Of a stretch of 64,000 nucleotides of DNA, positions 60,251-64,000 are shown piece after piece. Within the stretch, counting starts at the first letter, position 1. Each line of letters opens with the position of its first letter. The DNA is from Marsupella aquatica (lineage: Eukaryota > Plantae > Marchantiophyta), in contig OZ316892.1 of NCBI GenBank assembly GCA_973895155.1, positions 28,234,307 to 28,298,306 on the forward strand, read 5' to 3'. The notes below the pieces were generated by a model. It ran no database searches. It saw nothing but the letters and a program-made list of their open reading frames with translations, and was not told where the DNA came from. Made by a program: the position numbers and the translations under genes.

Positions 60251-63129
60251 TGCCTAGCCTTCAGATTTCCCAGCTGCAGCTGCTGCTTGGATTGAACAGC
60301 GGACTCTATCTGAATTTGTACTGAGAAAGAGGGGGCAAGCAGTAGCTCAGGTTAGGCTAATTATGAAGAGTCACAAGAGCAATACAATTGGCAGACCTGA
60401 GCACAAGTTGATGACATGCTGGTGATGTGATGTGAGTGTGTTCTTCAAAGCGCAAACGTCCCTCGAAACGCCCCCTACCTATATCCACTGCGCGTTATCG
60501 ACTCTTTGAGCTTACATTAGCGTTGAATGACCATGCAAGCGCAGCGAGAAGCGCATAAGCCTTGAGGATCATTACAACCGTGACAGAGCTCAGCGAAAAT
60601 TTGATCAAGACGGGAGTCAAGGAAGCACAAAAGTTTACACCTCGGCTAGCTCTTGAAACAACCATGGTGCTGTCGGGCGGGCTCTCGGGACCTCACGCAC
60701 CATATACTTCTTGCCAGGAAATAATTCCGTTTGGCACCGGCTTCGGCTGTCTTTTGTTTCCCACCCGTTTTCTAATCCCACGAATGCCCCACATTTCAAC
60801 CTGTCCGAAGCCCTCCAATCTTGTTCGACTGCACCTCCCCTAGCAGGAACTGTGAAGTGTTGTTGAATCCAATTGCTGGCTGCGTTCCCAGACACTGTCT
60901 CCTCTGAGTTGCTCCTGGTTTTTGGGCCACTCCCTTTTCTTCACCGCCGTCCAAAGTTTTGTCTAGTGTGTAGTGTCGTTGCGGTGACTTTCCTTAATTT
61001 GACCTCCAATCCTGCCCAAGGTTTCGAAATACCACTAAATCGGAAGATGAACTCTACGAATTAAGGTGATCAGATTTCTTTACCTAGCCCGAGACCTTAA
61101 CGAGACAGTAACACCAATGACTACGATAGTTCTCCTCGACGGGCTTCCTGTACTTCTTGTACTGGCTTCCGTGTCCAAGCTAGCTGTTGCTCAACAAAGG
61201 ATTCTACGTGATATACAAATTGGAGCTCGAGGGCAATCCTAGCCACGATAACGTAGCCTTGGCGAAAAGGCAGCAACCCACAGTTTATCAACCGCCTCAT
61301 GAATCCTGGAACCTGCCGTGAGTCCCAGTAGCATGGTGGACTTGCTCGATTTTGATTGTGTCGACTGTGATTATCTATCTAGCCACCTGAGTTTGCGAGA
61401 TCATTGGCTACCTCTTGGCATATGTGCAGATGCGGATTACAATGCAACAGGTACTCGGGTGCAAGTAGAACAGTGGATAGAAGGTGCTGCAAATCACAAC
61501 AACGTCCAGATTGAATCTGACTGAAGTGTTGTGGGTTACGACAACGCTGAAGCGGCGTAGACATTTTCTTAGCTGTGTACAAGACCCTGACTCAAAAAGA
61601 CGGCGGAGTGAATTTATATTTTCCAGGAGAATTCTGACAGTCTCCTGAGAGCGCAGAGCCCAGGAAGTCATTGCTCAGGAAAAATTAGAAACTATGGACA
61701 ATTGTTAGTTTGGACTGGTACTGAGATCCACCAAGATTTCCTTCTGGTTCATCATAAGTCTTGTCAATTGCATGATAACAGCTTGATCTGCTCCATCACA
61801 GATATGTCGACTTATGAATCGGGTGAATAATCGTCGTCATGTATGTCTAAGTTTTGTTCCTGTCATTAAGCCCCTAATACCTTGACCCAGTACTACGACG
61901 ACTATTCCGTTCTGGCAATTCTAAGTACTTCAATATGATTAGTTAAAATTTAATTGCCATGCAAGTAAAGCTGTGAATGATTTCACCGAATGTTGAAAAA
62001 CATTTCCGCACACAATTGATATCCGTAGCTATGGGTAGGTACTAAAATCGTTGCTTTGTACCAAATGGTCTACTACCACAGAAGTTGGGCCTCCAACTAT
62101 GTACATCGACTTTTTTCAGGTTTAACTCTCTGTACAGGCCTACAAAGAAATTCGGCTTTCCTTCACTCTTAATTGTCTTCGGAAAATCCAGAGACTGCAT
62201 TTGTCATTCTCATAGCACCCAGACAAAGTGGCATCAGCACAATCCAAATTCTAGCCGAGAGATGAACGTGGGCAGTGTTCAAAACAATCAAGATGCAGGA
62301 CATGCATCTACAGTCAAAAGACATGAACGAATCTCTTTAGTTGGTCGTCAGACTGGAGAACTAAACTCTTTCCTACTCATGCTCCCATCGTGCATACCAT
62401 ACGGGCAACGATTTAGCTCTTGCTCAGGAATTCTAATCCCTAGGTGACAGATACCAGCCAACGCTGGTTGCTTGCTATGATTTCGGGAATGCATCAGTAG
62501 AACTCTCGTGGGAGACTATTGTTGTTGTGAAACTGTTGAACAAAATGCTTCTGCTAATCATCCTCTGATCCTGATGTTGCCACCTATTTAGCTTTTGCTA
62601 AGCAATTGTAATTTAAGGTTTCGGACAGCTGATGACCAGTAGACAGATTTCATCCAGCTGAGAAATGTCAGATCCCATCTAAGCGATAGATGTCTTCCAC
62701 GATGAATTCTCTTCCTACTCAATCCTAGTATCCGTAACTTATTACTAGCTCTTACTCCAGAATTGTAAAGCGAAGTTGTACGCTGATGCCCAAGTGAACT
62801 ATTTCATCAACGTGATTACCGATTCCATGTAGGTTACAGATTTCATCGATGGGCTAGTCCGAGGTATGACACTTTGTTATTGTCGACTATATTTGGTGCA
62901 GTGGGTTTGACTCATTCTCTTTAAGGAGTCGTAGTGCACCATCTTAAGTTATGATGTACTCTGCATCAGAACCAGCCCGCTGCCAACACATCGAGCTATA
63001 TGGATTGTAATGAGGGCCGTGAATTTGAAGCTTAGCTTTTCCGTCACACAACTACGGTAAACCGTTGCCATTTCGTCTCTTAACGCATGAGGTAGTGGCG
63101 CTACAGTAGATCTCGTGCAGTGAGTCCAG

Positions 63130-64000
63130 TCACAGGCGAGAAGCTGTTGAATCCAACGTGACTAGAACTTTCCCAATAACTTTGCGATCCATCACTGCTT
63201 CAAATGCAAGATTTGCCTACACAAACATTACAAATTCAACGACACAACATCAGCAACCGCTGTCTTGTTTAGAGCAATTTACGAATGAAAATCAAATAAC
63301 AAAACTCCTGAAGTTGCCCACCTGTGACAGAGGGTACTTGTGAGATATATGGGTGTCGAGTTTCCCCTCAGCTAGCCATCTGAGCAGCTGCTTGAAAGAA
63401 TCCTCCATCACTTGAGGTTGGTGCACTAGATAGCTTCCCCAATATAGTCCATGGACTGTCCAGTTCTGCCACAACAAAAGAAGTTAGGCTGAATGACAAT
63501 AGTTAACGGTTGCCTCGATCCTCCACTGTCACTGCACATATTTCAATCGATGGAGACGAAAACCTTTACACAGCCAAACTTGATACAAAATCAGAATAAA
63601 TTAATTCTTCGTTCAAATTGTTTGAAGCTTCACAGCATGACCTTCCATTAAGTACATTATAGATGCAGATTCGCACATGTGGAGTACAACGTCACGTGTA
63701 CTAAGCTTAAAATTAATCTGAGCACTGCTGGAAATACCCTACTAATCGCAAAAATGGCCCGTAAAAGATTAGATACCTTCACAAGAGTTATATTAGCCGG
63801 AATATTGGGAATCTCTCCACTTGCAAAACCGATGACAAGTATTTGTGCACCCCATTTCAGCAACTTCAAGCTCTCCTTGTGCTGTTTCCCACCCACCGGA
63901 TCGTAAAGGACGTCTACCCCTTTCAGATTCCTTGACTTGAGGAATTCCTGAACTGGTTTAATAATTCCATTTTCACTAGGGTCCAGAACAAAATCTGCCC
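63130..64000 (-). CDS. 3' part of a quinone oxidoreductase-like (MDR/zeta-crystallin family) gene ending in PTS1 SRL
   Basis: Exons 63777-64000+, 63322-63465 and 63130-63216; GVDVLYDPVGG, VIGFASGEIP, NWTVHGLYWGSY and RKVIGKVLV..SRL*. Confidence 0.9.

Overview
Eukaryotic land-plant genomic DNA with GT-AG introns; the gene content suggests a bryophyte-like host (inference, not a species identification). Host genes: the last exon of a Raf/ILK-like kinase, an intronless bacterial-type S41/IRBP-like peptidase, a CYP704-type P450, an O-fucosyltransferase, a small LEA/dehydrin-like protein, an intronless cyclin-like gene, an IST1-like gene, a broken SET-domain gene and a PTS1-bearing quinone oxidoreductase. 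Between them lie local tandem arrays, two related solo LTRs, a tRNA-derived SINE and MITE-like inserts. The standout is a ~12.9 kb DNA transposon (10017-22882) with perfect 22-bp TIRs and a 4-bp TSD. It carries two divergent genes: (i) a Sola-like DDD transposase with three En/Spm-TnpA-like repeats, and (ii) a five-exon gene that I reconstructed by hand, encoding a ~1,685-aa fusion of a ParB/DGQHR-like domain, a beta-class N4C/N6A DNA methyltransferase fold and an FCP1-type HAD domain. Each gene has its own non-coding array of 21-bp palindromes. This copy carries premature stops and frameshifts. All domain calls are motif recognition by eye, not database searches.
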